Notes: generated from the sequence alone by a model not told the origin. A DNA stretch of 64,000 nucleotides from Sphagnum compactum (GCA_965153455.1 OZ234493.1:29936213-30000212), one strand, 5' to 3'; positions 40,270-53,169 are shown, counted from the stretch's first letter. Made by a program: numbers and translations.

Positions 40270-43200
40270 AATAGGGCTAGTTTTTACTAACAAAAATCCA
40301 TATGTTTAGATTGTCAATTTCAAAACATATGTGAAAAGTATTTAGCACTGTAAAAAAATTCTTATGTTTTGATTTAGTTGGCTACAATGCTAAGAATATG
40401 TTTGCTTAACAAACCAATGAATTATAGTGAAAAATTTGTGTTGTTTTATGCACCACCAAATCAAAGCATGCTTGCTTTATATGTGTCAATATGATAACAA
40501 TAAAATATACATAGATCTTTTAACACAAAATCTTTCAAAGTGTTTGCAATTTTTTTTACGGTTCAAAACAAATGTTGGTATTCCACATTTGAACTAGATT
40601 TTCAAGGTTTTTCAACAACAAATTGGGTATCAATTGTTTGTAACCTTTGATCGGTAAAGGCATCAATAATTGTTCATTGTGTTCAATAACCAAAACTACA
40701 ATAATTTTATGACCCACCTAATTGAAACCAAGTGCACGTTCTTGAACTTGTCCAACATCAAAGGCACATGTTGTTATGACCTTTTTCTTAGAATCCTTTC
40801 AACTCATGATCTTTCAAGTCACCCAAATTGTCAAGAATAATTAACATGAAATTTTTTTACGGAGCTAACAACAAGTTGAAATTACAACTAAAGAACATTT
40901 TCAATGAGCCAATATTACTATAACTTTGATTCAAAATGCAATTGGTCATAGTTAGTGATAAAAATTTCATCCCATAATTTTTCACAAATTGCTTAATCTT
41001 TTAGAGAAGGTATGTGTGCTTGCAATGTTGTAGTTTGTCAATTGTAACATAATGCAATGACATTACAAAATGTCAAAACTTCATGAAATAATAATACCCA
41101 TTTGTAGACATGGAAACAATCTTTAAAAAAGATTAGAAACACATAATATGCAATAATCTATACTTTGTACACATAAGTTCCAATTAGAAGTCAAAGCTCA
41201 TGCATCTTTCTTATGCTCTCACATTTGACATACTTGGTAGAATCCTTAACTCACATTGAAATTAAATTAGAAAGTTTCAATCAAAATCACATACTTGGTC
41301 TTCATTGGGTGCTCAATTGTGTGGGCTTCAATCTATAATTATATATGTTTTGTCCCATGCTTGCCTCCCCTTGCTAAAAGTTTTTGGCCAAGTAATATTT
41401 TTTGAATGTCAATTCGAACGAAGTTGATAAATGCAAAGTTCAATCCATGAGCTACCTTGTTGTGTATATAGTAACATATTGGCAAGCTATCAATTATGAT
41501 AAGAGAAGGATCAAAGTGAAATGCTATGTAGGGTTGGAAAAAATAAGTTATTAACATTGCACAAAAGTGGAATATTTTATTAATAGCTAACAAGGTATGA
41601 TACAAAGTTAGGTCTTGAATTGGATGTGCATTGCATGGATCTCAACTTGTATTGGTGAGATTGAGGGGTGGTGCCCTCAAGGCCTTTTATTTATATTATC
41701 CCATATAACCATCTAGGGTTTCATCAATTTTCTAGAACCTTTGATCAACTTAAAAGCCATTTTGATTGGGTGTTTTTGGTTGGTTATTTTGACAAGTTTT
41801 TTTGGTTGAGTGTTTTTTTTTTTTTGGGTCAAATGGGATAATAATATATGTGTAGCAAGTTTTTGAGCCTATACATTTTAATTATTAAAAAAACCCCCAA
41901 AAATACTTATTTATTTACCTATCTACATTGTTTACCCTAATTACTTACCTATTTAACCTAATAATTAATATTTAAAATAATAATAATAATACATTTAATT
42001 ATAGCTTACCCACCCTACCCTACCTAGGCTATTAATTAGCTTATAAGGGTAGATTAATTAGGCACATTCAAATAGGTTGCAAATGTGAGGAGTTGAACCT
42101 TTCATTTTCACACTGAAAGTCCAAGCCTTTCATTGTTTTCAACAAATGATAATTTTTGTCATCGTATTATTATGAACATTTTTTCTTATATACCTATTTG
42201 GCCTAACTTATCCACCTCAACTATTGAACTACCTTATGTTATTTTATTGGACAGTTATTTCATTTTAAGTTAATTTTGACTATTATAGGCTATTCCACCC
42301 TACATTATTTTTGGTTATTCTATGCTAGTTTTGGTTATTTTATGCTATTCCACCTTAGGTCATTTTCAATTATTTTAGATTATTATGCCCTAAGCTATTT
42401 TTGGTTATTTTATCATATTTTATTTTAAACTTTTTATGCTATTATATTTTAGGTTATTTTATTTTTGACTATGTTTGACAATTTGTGGCTATTATACTTC
42501 AAATTACTTTTGATTATTCTATGTTATTTTAAGTCATTATGGATAATTTCATTATGGACTATTGTACAATACTATACCCTTATTTTACTTCAGTGTATTC
42601 AAAATTATTTTAGGTTATTTCAAGCTGGTTTTGTTAAGCTATTTTATTAAGTTTTTTTACCTTAGGTTTAAAAAAAATTTAGTTAATTTTACCTTATCCT
42701 ATTAATAACTTAGGATAATTTATAACAACCTAAGATAAAATAACATAAAAGAACCTAGGGTAAATAAATAGGTTATAATAGCCTAGATTTTAGGTAAGCA
42801 TCCTAGGTTTAACAAGTAGGTTAGCTAACCAAATTAATATGACCAATTTGAATAAGCTTTTGTCATTTATTATGGTAAATTTGACAAAGCCATGGCCGTC
42901 TTGACAAATTTGTTTTTGGTTTGTCCTTTTTTATTAGATGTATGACATGACACTTGGTCCAAAAATCACTTTAGTCAAAATATCCAATCAAAACAACCAT
43001 GTGTTTTTCCATGCTCCATGCCTTGTGTTAAATTGAACATTTGATTTGGTCAATGTGAACATTTTGATCAAGTTGAACCTTTTGAAAAATCATGATTTCT
43101 TAGAGCAATGACGTTAACTTTTAGTAGTAAACGTGTGCCCAAGTAAGACCCATCAAATGGCTCCAACATGCCGTAATTAATACAAGCCATTGAATTCTAA

Positions 43201-44050
43201 GGCACTTTCATCCTTCACATAAAAATCTTGTGAAAAAAGAAGAAGTCATATAATTGTCACAATTTAGAGCCATAGCTACACAATTGGTGTCACAACCCAA
43301 TAATAATGTGTTTTGGCTTTTAATTTCCTAATTTTTTGAGATTAAAAAAAATTTATAAACATGTCATGTGTCTTTTTTGAAATTCAAAAAAAAATGTGCA
43401 TGTGGTTATTGTAAGCTACACGTATGCAGTTAAATTTTTTTCTACCAATGTCAACATTTTCTTTTACACACATTTTAAAAAAATGTGAGCACAACCCTTG
43501 GCATAACTTGTATGTTAATTTATGGAGCCAAATGAATTCCACAATCTTCATTGGCAAAATTTTAAAAATAAAATCATCATGATATCCTCTAAATAACCAA
43601 ATTGTGTTTCCTAATTTATTGAATTGACATGTAAATGAAAAAAATTAGAAATCTAGCACTTGGGGTTACATGTGATTGCCTGTTGATTGGTTCACAATCA
43701 TGTGGATCTCAAGAACAATTTGTTAGCTTTCTAATATATTTCTTACTTACAATGTTGTGTTCCATCTTTACATGGTTTTTCATGGCTGATGTTATACCAT
43801 TGGACTTGTGATAACAATGAGACCTTTTTGGCATCTAGAGTTTGTAAAGCCATAATTTTGCGACCAATGATTTCATTATGCGAATTATGCATTTCATAAT
43901 TTAATTAGGACTAATATTTATGGGTTAGTTATTGTTCATTTCATAAATTATGCCCACATGAGCAAATTCAAGTTGTTGTAAGGTTTCCAAACAACACCTT
44001 GCTTCTTCAAATTCCCAATGTGCACTTCATCAACATGTGACTCATTTGCC
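40270..44050 (-). mobile_element. Decayed hAT-superfamily transposase gene interrupted by a ~2-kb insertion (~41110-43100)
   Basis: Minus strand, allowing frameshifts: BED-finger-like region 44050-43720 (VWKPY..MWA...IMKCII...KSNGIT..MKNHVKMEH); 43600-43490 (LEDIMM...LPMKIVEFIWLHKL); 43210-43100 (YVKDE); 41110-40860 (FHEVLTFCNVIALCY..NCILNQS); 40850-40270 (ALMLD.FKN...LIWW..KQHKF...ILSIVAN*IKT...NLNIWIFVSKN*P, hAT dimerisation domain). Confidence 0.7.
42230..42830. repeat. Low-complexity ttatt/ttaggttatt repeat block with an inverted terminal arm
   Basis: Many ttattttaggttatt-like units, with complementary aataac/aacctaag units at 42705-42790. Confidence 0.5.
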
Positions 44051-44778
44051 GTCACCACTAACAAATTTAGCAAGGTGCTTTTCACCTTCATGCAAGTATG
44101 GATCCAAATTATCAATTTTGTTGTTAGCAAAACCTATAAGCACCAAGGGACGAACAACTTGGTCAAAGGTATATTAATGCATATTAATGAGGGGGCTTGC
44201 AAAAACCCTGAAATTGTTCTTGAAGTCAAAATACATGAAAAGTTGATAGGAGCTTTCAAAGTTCAATTTTTAAAATAATAAAAAAAAAAGCTTGAGAGAG
44301 GCTCTAGGCAACTAAAGTTAAGCTCATAAGCGCAACGAAACCAAGCACATTACCAAAGAAACCCAAGTCCCCACTTCCTCCCCCACCCTCCCATACCCCA
44401 TACATGATTGCCTTAAAGGTTGCTAGTCCTCCCCCACCCCTTAATGACACAATTGTTTTATGATCACAAGTCTTCCCCATCTCGTCACTTGATGCATGAT
44501 TATGATAATGCAACAACCAATGATGTGCTCATCACGAGTTCTCGTGTGAGATTAAGTTGATGCTATAAAGTTTCAGATTTCAAAAATCAAAGGTGTTGTG
44601 AAATGCATTAGCTTTGAAGGGTGTGATGGTGAGGTGCAACAATCCAAGGTGACATACTTCAAACTAAATTGGAGGTGTTGTCATGAGATGCATAACTTTG
44701 AGGGAACTCATGATGAGATGCAAAACTCAAGATGACAAACTTCAAAAAATGAAGATGCACAATTAAGAGCCAATTGAG

Positions 44779-45016
44779 CCCAGTTTCACAAAACACAACC
44801 CAATTTTGCTGCAAGTTTTCTGAACTGATACCCAGTTCCATGAAATAATACCCAATTTTACTGCAAGTTTTCTGAACTGATACCCAGTTTCACGAAACAA
44901 AACCCAATTTTGCTGCAACTTTTCTGAACTGATACCCAGTTTCACAAAACACAACCCAATTTTGCTGCAAGTTTTCTGAACTGATACCCAGTTTCATGAA
45001 ACAATACCCAATTTTG
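44779..45016. repeat. Minisatellite, 52-bp unit x ~4.6
   Basis: cccagtt starts at 44779, 44831, 44883, 44935 and 44987. Confidence 0.95.
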
Positions 45017-45322
45017 TTCACTTTCAAGGTACACTCAAATTGGAGATGAAATGGGGATTAGAAGCTCAAACTAGGGCCGAAAGATATGGGGTGGTGACTT
45101 TTTACATAACTTTCATTATGCCTCGCTGGGTTTTAAAAAAACTACATATTTGTGAAAAAACATTATTGAAATCAGTTGTGGACATTTTGAGATTTGAGAA
45201 AAATCAATAAGAATACCTTATCAACTTTAGTACAACGATTGGAAACATAATGGAATTGTGAATTTGGGAACACTTTAACCATCCAACAAGTTGTGCATCT
45301 TTATATATTGTCAAAACACTTA

Positions 45323-45656
45323 GGCCCACTTTAGACGACGGTCCAGGGTCCAATTTCTTAGGAACCAATTCGGACTCATTTGAAGCAAATTGAATCCTTG
45401 AGTTGGACTGTACCTTAGTCCCTAGCCTGATTCTTGGTTCTCCAAATCAGGAGCTCTCCTTTTAGAACTGTTTTTTGGTCTGAACCAATTGATTTTCCCT
45501 CCAAAACAGGTGCCATGTAGGTTTAGCCTCAATTTGCCACTTTTTGGTCTTGTACCCCCTCAGCTAAAGGCCTTGGGACCAATTTAAAGCTTTTGACCAA
45601 TAAGATTGCTTGAATTCATTGGTCCCTGGACCTTGGACCCTTGTCTAAAGTCGCCC
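45323..45656. mobile_element. Tourist-like (PIF/Harbinger) MITE, 334 bp
   Basis: 30-bp TIRs with 25/30 identity (ggcccactttagacgacggtccagggtcca vs reverse complement gggcgactttagacaagggtccaaggtcca); TTA TSD at 45320-45322 and 45657-45659. Confidence 0.9.
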
Positions 45657-45746
45657 TTAATCTCAATTTATAAATTGTCAAAACACTTGATCTCAATTAT
45701 TATAATCAGTCATTCACTTGCTAACCATTAAAGTGTTGAAACAGTT

Positions 45747-45870
45747 CCAATCCTTTCACCAGGCTAACCCCAATTTCCCACTCCTTAGGAGTTAGGGGAC
45801 CCTACTACCAATCCTTTCACCAGGCTAACCCCAATTTCCCACTCCTTAGGAGTTAGGGGACCCTACTACC
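45747..45870. repeat. Perfect 61-bp tandem duplication
   Basis: ccaatcctttcaccaggc...ggaccctacta at 45747 and 45808. Confidence 0.95.
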
Positions 45871-46059
45871 CATAATCGTAAAACATATCAATCACAACCC
45901 ATCATTTATTTGGGCCATTTCTTTCCTAATTCATTTGCAAGTTCAAATAATCATTTGAATTCACCCTAAGAATCTAGGGTAAAATGAACCCATTACAAAG
46001 TTTAAGAAATGAAAGAATAATTAAATGTAGATAGTTAATTAAAAACTACGGTTACCTTA

Positions 46060-46308
46060 CCCTAAGGTCAGTTTCGTCATTAAATAATTCTAAAAATCGT
46101 GGAAGGAAAATTTGTAAAAAATGTGACATTGATATGTTAAAAAAATCATCATAATTATCATAGGCTACACTCCGAATAATGTCATTACTCATATCACAAT
46201 ATTATAGTAGATGATGGAAAAATATATAATTTGAAAATTAAAAAAAAGAATTCATTTTTTGAGAAAAAATTAAAAATTATTTTGTCAACCATGAACCTGA
46301 CCCTAGGC
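46060..46308. mobile_element. Possible Stowaway/Tc1-mariner-like MITE
   Basis: Imperfect terminal inverted repeats (ccctaaggtcagtttc / gaacctgaccctaggc) flanked by TA on both sides; AT-rich interior. Confidence 0.45.
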
Positions 46309-46754
46309 TACTGATGTTGGGTCCTTTTGTTTTGGCATCTCTCTTCCCTAATTGTGTTCAAAATGAATATCATGGATCCATCATGATCCCAATGAATTTG
46401 GTGTGTGTCCATGAATTCCCAATAAATGATGGTTCCCTAATTCCGAACTTCCTCTCCAAAGAAATGTCCTAATGTGGTTTCTAATGTCGTTCTTGCACAA
46501 AATTTGAGAATGGGTTTACATTTGGTAATCACCACATTTCCATCGACATTTTCCAAACTTATCATTTGAGGTTGGAGTTGAGTTTGCATTGTGAAGATGA
46601 GGCCAAAGTATATGTAGATTCAAAGTTGGTTTTGAGTTCAATAGCAATACCACTTACATGTATCATTTAAGGTACATTTACAATGTGATTGGTGCAAAAA
46701 GAAAATAATAATTTCATAGTTGAATGTGTCTTTTATGGAAAACAAACACCAAAA

Positions 46755-46998
46755 CAATAGGTCTCTTTTTATACAAGGATTTTTTTGAAAGATGATATTT
46801 TGGCTTGTGTTGACACTTGAGATTAGTTATCGAGTTATGATATCTTGAAGGATTTTGGTTTCTTTTAGAGGATTTTTTTTGAAGATTTTATTTTGGCATG
46901 GTGAAATTATTTGAGTTTTCATAATTCTTCTTTTGCCTTCTTAAGATACTTTTTAATGTAAATGGCAAGGCCACCCACTGTGTGACACACCCCCTTGT
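46755..46998 (-). mobile_element. Family A repeat, copy 3 (reverse orientation)
   Basis: Reverse complement begins acaaggggtgtg...tggccttgccatttacattaaaaagtatcttaag, as at 6777. Confidence 0.75.
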
Positions 46999-47555
46999 CA
47001 TAATATTGAACACATTTTGAAAGGGAAAATTGTATACACTCTTTTCACTTAAGTCTAAAACCCAATTTCCATCAAAAATTTGATTTTTGAGTTTTACTGA
47101 ATTTCCAATGACAAAAAATAAAAATAAAAATAAAAATAATTCAAAATTTTTCCCTTTTAATATTTTATTTTGATTTTACTCAATCTTCAATGAAAAAAAA
47201 ATATTTAAAAATTCAATAACTTTTGAACCCTATGTTTATGTTTGAACATCATGAAACCACTTGAGTGAACCCTTACCTATTCATCAAGGGCTTTTCAATG
47301 GCCACCTAAAGCATGGCGGGTGTATTGTGGTTTGGGAAATATCAACACCACAAAACAATACAAAACAAACTACCCTTTTTAATTGGGTAGGACTAGCCTA
47401 GTGTGGCTTGTGTTGTTGAATACAATATCATGTAATGGTAACCTATACCTTTTTAAACCTAAGTCCGAAATGCAATTTTCATTAATGATTTTATTTTAGA
47501 TTTTCACTGAATCTCAAATGACAAAAAAATTACTCAAAACACTGGTATGTATGTA

Positions 47556-47591
<36 letters not shown>

Positions 47592-48079
47592 GTCTGTATT
47601 TGTGTCACAAAATACAACCCTCTGAATCTTTCCCCCACACTTAACCCTAGTCTCTGGATGCCTTGGAGTGGGTCATTTAATAGATCCCTGGCTCACCATT
47701 CTGGACGCCCAAAAAGTCCCTGACACATTTGGTAAGGTTTGCCTCTGAAGCCCATTCCAGAATAGAAACGGTCATATCTTGAGCAATGCAGGCATTAAAT
47801 GGAAAAAAATTGATGAAATCTGACCCCCCAAAAAAAAAAAAAAAAAAAACACATAATTTATTTTCACATTTCAAAACTCAAACACACAAGAGGATTGGGT
47901 GGTAGGGTTTAGGGTTTAAACCCTAACTTGATTCCAAGAAGGACAATATTTGAAAGTGAAAATGCATTAGAAAAGGCCATTGGTTACTGGAAATAGCCTT
48001 AGCCATAGGAAGAGAAACCATTTCTCTCACTGGTGAGCCTATCCAAATGTTGTTATTATCATCAAAACCCTCCAAAACT

Positions 48080-48328
48080 TTATTATGGCAACACCCAATG
48101 CCCTTATTGAAAAACCTAACTAGGGTAAAGGGACCTATCATTGTAATGAGTCTCTTATTAAGGCACACCCAATGCCTCTATTGAAAAACCCAACTAGGGT
48201 AATGGGACCTATCATTGCAATTCTCTTATTATGGCACACCCAATGTCCCTATTGAAAAACCCTACTAGGGTAATGGGACCTATAATTGCACTTGTCTTGT
48301 TATGGCACACCCCATTCCCCTATTGAAA
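48080..48328. repeat. Minisatellite, ~72-bp unit x ~3.5
   Basis: ttatggcacacccaatg...tattgaaaaaccc..ctagggtaatgggacctat repeated. Confidence 0.9.
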
Positions 48329-49325
48329 TTGCTGCACACAGGTTGTTCCCGATCATTGCACACAAAAAGGTGCTTGTCGCACACCCTTGTTTCCTAATCC
48401 TTTCACAATAGCACTTGCCACTTGTGGTCATACAAATGAACGAGTATGGTTTTAGCATAGATGCAAAAATAAAGCAACTACGAGATATCACAACTGGCCG
48501 TTGGGATGATCTGACTCATGGTCTCTTTCCATTAGGCTGCTATGATCACAGCAGGATCCTGAAGAAAAGTCACTGAAAAGGAGCCCTGTTGCTTGCTACA
48601 TGGACAGGGCATTTTCCATCGGAGCTGGAAATTTGTAGGTAATCATTGCTAGGAACATTATTTCATATGTAGAGAACTTTCTAGAAAAATTAGAAAGAAA
48701 AGATGTTCTCATATAGTGAATTTTAGACTGACTCACACAGCTCACACAACTTTGCATTTGGTCAATGCTTGACTTGTAGTGCTGTGAACACAGCTATATG
48801 GAACACATGTAATAGAAAGCTACTACTCTTGGGGCAGAAGCTCTGATCACAGCCAGCCCTCACTGGTGGGTGGCTATGAAGGGGATCTGACCAATGGTCA
48901 TTATCTGGGGTAATTAGCACTTGCTAAAGATTCTGTCACAACATCCATCCAAAATGTTGCGAATAAGAATGGAATATCTCCCAAGTGACAATTACATGGG
49001 CAGTTCTGCTGATCTGAGTTTTGTCACCATGTTCACTAAACTACAATGGTAAGAACTCTACGGACAAGCAAGAGAACATTCAACAACAAGGTTTTTGAGG
49101 AGACTAATCCAAAGGTTTAGGTTTGACACATGCCACCCCAACTTCCAAGAAGACATCACATCCAAACACAATCAACTAATTCAAATCAAAAGAGAGACTA
49201 GGTAGGTAGGTACCTTTGGAAAGGGTAGAGATCCAATTCCTTCATAAAAACACCCCCTAATGAGAGAGGTTGATGGTTGTTGTACTGAATAAGATTTATT
49301 GTCTAAAGAGGCTCGGATGATTTGG

Positions 49326-49628
49326 TTGTTATCACCACGAGTAGTAAAAGTGATCAATGGCCAAAGCAAGCTCCACATCCCATGAACATGCTAGTAATAC
49401 TATATGGGTCAACTTTTTGCATGATTATTACGTAGCTATTGTTATCACCACGAGTAGTAAAGTGATCAATGGCCAAAGCAAGTTCCACATCCGATGAACA
49501 TGCTAGTAATACGGGTCAACTTGTTAGATCATTGCATGGATATTAATAATATGGGTCAAGTTGGTTACATGATATCACTTAGCTATTGTTATCACTAAAT
49601 AAAGTGATCAATTGGCCATCAAGCTCCA
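49326..49628. repeat. Tandem duplication (~113 bp) plus a partial third copy
   Basis: ttgttatcaccacgagtagtaaa(a)gtgatcaatggccaaagcaag at ~49326 and ~49439, partial at ~49586. Confidence 0.85.
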
Positions 49629-49943
49629 AATGGGCTGAGCATTTTAGGGTTGGTCCTAACTTTAGGTTTAAGACAATCAACATGATCATGCACATTGTTT
49701 AAATACATATACTTATGTGGCCCATCATGGGTCTCACTAGAGAATGAAAAGTTGTCCACTTGCAATTTCCCACCCAAAAAGAGCCAAAAAAAATCTTGGC
49801 TTTTAGAATTGTGAAACCAATGCTTTCTACAATGTGTCTCCTTTGCTAGGGATGAAAGAAAATCCAGGAGCTTCCTTGTATGGATTTTTGGCCATCACTA
49901 GATAACATTTCTTTGAGCTTTCTTGGGGATGAGGAGGCACTGA

Positions 49944-50105
49944 TGGATGAAAATAACACAAGCTTCTTTTTGAGGAATGACATGTGTGGATGAAAAAAAC
50001 ACGAGCTTCTTTTCGAGGAATGGCATGTATGGATGAACAAAAAAACACGAGCTTCTTTTTGAGGAATGACATCTATGGATGAAAATCTGGGGAGCTTCCT
50101 TAGGA
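49944..50105. repeat. Minisatellite, ~43-46-bp unit x ~3.5
   Basis: ggatgaaaa..cacgagcttcttttt.gaggaatg.cat repeated. Confidence 0.85.
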
Positions 50106-51886
50106 AGAAATTTGATGAAGCTACATGATTATGAAAATTCAAGGAGATTGTAGAATAAAATAAAAATTTGAAGGGGAAGGCATCTAGGGGAACTTTGGTA
50201 CACTGCCTTGAATGCATTTTCAAGGGATTTGCACAATGGATGACAATGGAGGATAATGCATCCCCATTCCCAAAGGAAAACATCCAAGTAAAATTGCATA
50301 ATGGATGAATGTCCAATGAAGTTTGGCCCATTTACCAAAGAAAAGCAATTGGGGAAGTTGCATAAGGGTTGCGACATCCATCCATCTCAAAAGTTGATTC
50401 ACTTTTCCTAGGATAGTAGAAGGGTGAAAAGTGGATGAAACCCCCATTGTTTGATTGATTGCCTCATGTTCAACTTTGCTAGATTCATCATCCCTTGTCC
50501 AAATTTGCAAAAATTTAAAGCATTTTCATATGAGTTAATACTATTGGGAAGACATATTATTACTTTTGAAAAAATGAACCTAAATCCTTCCACCCACACT
50601 CCAAAGGATTGCTCCTAAAGCAATGCATGACAAATCTTTCATTGAAAAGAATTTAATTCAATGATTAAATTATTTTTTGTAATTTTTTTGTAATCAGTTT
50701 TATCTTTTCAAAAGATAGTTTTTTAATAAAATTTAAATTTATGTCATTTTTGTTCCATTAAATTTTTTTTCATTATTGATTTGGTTGGCAAAATGTCAAC
50801 AAAAGTTTGATCAATTAAATAAGCTCAGAACAAAAAACAAATAGACCCAATATATATATATATATATATATATATAGTGTAAGAAAAGCAACAAGATAAA
50901 AACAAATAAAAACATTGAAAGAATGCACCATAAACAAGAAAAAACAATTCTAAAATAAAATTTCATCTATGACGAATTATAATCCAAGTATTTGAGAATT
51001 TTGAGAAAGAGGGAGGGGGATGGGGGCAAGTGGACGAGATGCCCCCCCAGGATGATGACCGGCGGGTATCTCTCCCTCATTTCTAAAGAACCGCCCAAGC
51101 ACTGACTGACACAGGCACATTTGAAAAGTCGTTCAGATGACACCTTCCCCAGCCGCTACAAGGTAGGTAGGTAGGTAGGTAGGTAAGTATCGTGCAAGGA
51201 ATAGTCTCTGTCCATTCTGCCCTTTTTGCAGACGTGCAGTTCCATGGCCCTTCCCCTAATCCAAATTAAGGTGCTTAATCCCAAATTAAGGTCCTTAATC
51301 CCATCCCTCCCGCCCGGCCTCCCCACCCCTCTCTCTCTCTCTCGCCCTCGCCCTTCCTCCTTAACGCACGGCCCTTGTTCTGCTCTCTGTCTCTGCGCTC
51401 CTCTCCTCTCTTGTGCACCGTTTCTGCCGTTGCCAGAGCCGTGCACTTTTCGCTTGCTTGAACCTTTTTTTTCCTTTTTTTCCTCCTGTTGAAGTTCGTG
51501 TCGCTGTTGTTCTTGCTCTTGAATCTTCTTCCGGCTCGTTGCTGTGCCAGTTTACTTTCTGGGTTTGTTTCTTCCGTTGTGAGAACCTGCTGTTTTGTTG
51601 TGCAAAGCTGGAAGGGAAGAAGGGGGACAACGGTAGTTTCTTCCGCTTTTCCTTTTTCTTTGCGAATGACTTGTGTGAATGAGCTCGCGAACAATAACTT
51701 GGGTGCTGCTCAATTGCCCGGATTTTCGATGGTGCAATTGTGAAGAGAGATTAGCTGCTTGAGTCAAGCTTGAGCAGACGCGATCATGTCTGGAAGAGGA
51801 GGAGGAGGAGGAGGAGGATAGAGAGGCAGGGAAGAGACGAGAAAAGATTCAGCTAAGCAAGCTGACTCAAGGAGTTGTTTGTAGCG

Positions 51887-53169
51887 ATGGCAATGAATGC
51901 AAGTTACTTGCCGGCAAAGTCCAACGCGCATCTCTACTTCATGGACCCGCCTGCAGCTGTGGAATGCCACAAGGACATACGCTACTGGGCCTCACTGCGC
52001 GACTTTCTTCTTGTCCTCTTCCGCTGTTACGGGAAGACGGGAAGAGATCATCATCGCGCTACTCCTACTATCACTAGTGTCAGCAATCACAACAAAGTCG
52101 AGAAAGAAAGAGAAGCGGCGGAGTCTTTCCTGGGCGCCACTGTTACCGGCACTCTCTATGGTCAAAGGTAGGCAAGAAGAGGAAGAGAATACACATTGCT
52201 TGTTTGTTCTGGTCGGCACTCCCCTTTGTTTGCGTAGTAGCAATTGCAAAGACAAGAACAGCAAGCTTGAGCCAAGACTTGGGTTGGTGTGCAGGAAAGG
52301 GAGGGTGACATTCTGTGTGCAAGGAGATTCCAGGAGCGCTCCTCTCTTGTTACTGGAGTTTGCAATGCCCACCCATTCGCTGGTACGAGAGATGTCTTCT
52401 GGGCTGTTACGAATTGCCTTGGAGTGTAAGAAGAACAAGCTTGGCAAGGACTTGAAAGCAGGCGGACTCTTCGCAGAGCCTGTGTGGACAATGTTCTGCA
52501 ATGGCCGCAAGGTGAGCCACAGACATTGTCGATTTCTTTTTGTTGGAGGTGTCTGGGAGAATATACCCATCTGCTGCTTCTTTTTCTTCTTGTGGGTGTG
52601 CGGGAAAATGCCCGTCTGCTGCTTCTCTTTCTACTTCTGGGTGTTTGGGAGAATACCCATCTGCTGTTTCTTTTTCTTCTTCTGGGTGTTTTGGGAGAAT
52701 ATACCCATCTGCTGCTTCTTTTTCTTCTTCTGGTGTGTTTGGGAGACTACCCGTCTGCTGCTTCTTTTTCTTCCTGTGGGTGTTTGGGAGAATACCCATC
52801 TGCTGCTTTGGCATTGAGAAGAATCGTCTGATGTAGAGCTCGGAATCCTTGTGGGTGTTTGTTTCTGTGCAATCAATGCAGGTCGGCTTGGCAATTAAGC
52901 GGCAGTTTGTAGATGCAGACAGGGAAGTGCTAGGGCTGATGCAGTCAGTAACCATGGGTGCCGGTGTCATCCCTGCTGTTGCTGCTGCTGCTGAAGAGGG
53001 CAGCAAAGGTGGTGGTGGTGTACGTGACTCATCATCAGATGAAGAGATTATGTACATGCGGGCACGGTATGAGAGGGGGAGTTTCTCAGCTGATAACCTC
53101 TCTTTCCACATGATCAACCCCAATGGATCCCAAGGCCAGGAGCTCAGCATTTTCTTCATTCGTGTGTGA
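51887..53169 (+). CDS. MIZ1: MIZU-KUSSEI 1-like (DUF617) protein, ~261 aa
   Basis: Exons 51887-52167, 52295-52511 and 52882-53169 join in phase. DUF617 motifs: VTGTLYGQRKGRVTFCVQ..PLLLLEFAMPT..LVREMSSGLLRIALEC...EPVWTMFCNGRKVG.A.KR...SVTMGAGVIP...IMYMRARYER...SFHMINPNG..GQELSIFFIRV. Family is certain; orthology to MIZ1 itself is not shown. Confidence 0.92.
52548..52808. repeat. Minisatellite, ~46-48-bp unit x ~5.7, in intron 2 of the MIZ1-like gene
   Basis: gggagaata(ta)cccatctgctgcttctttttcttc at ~52555, 52602, 52647, 52693, 52741 and 52786. Confidence 0.95.
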
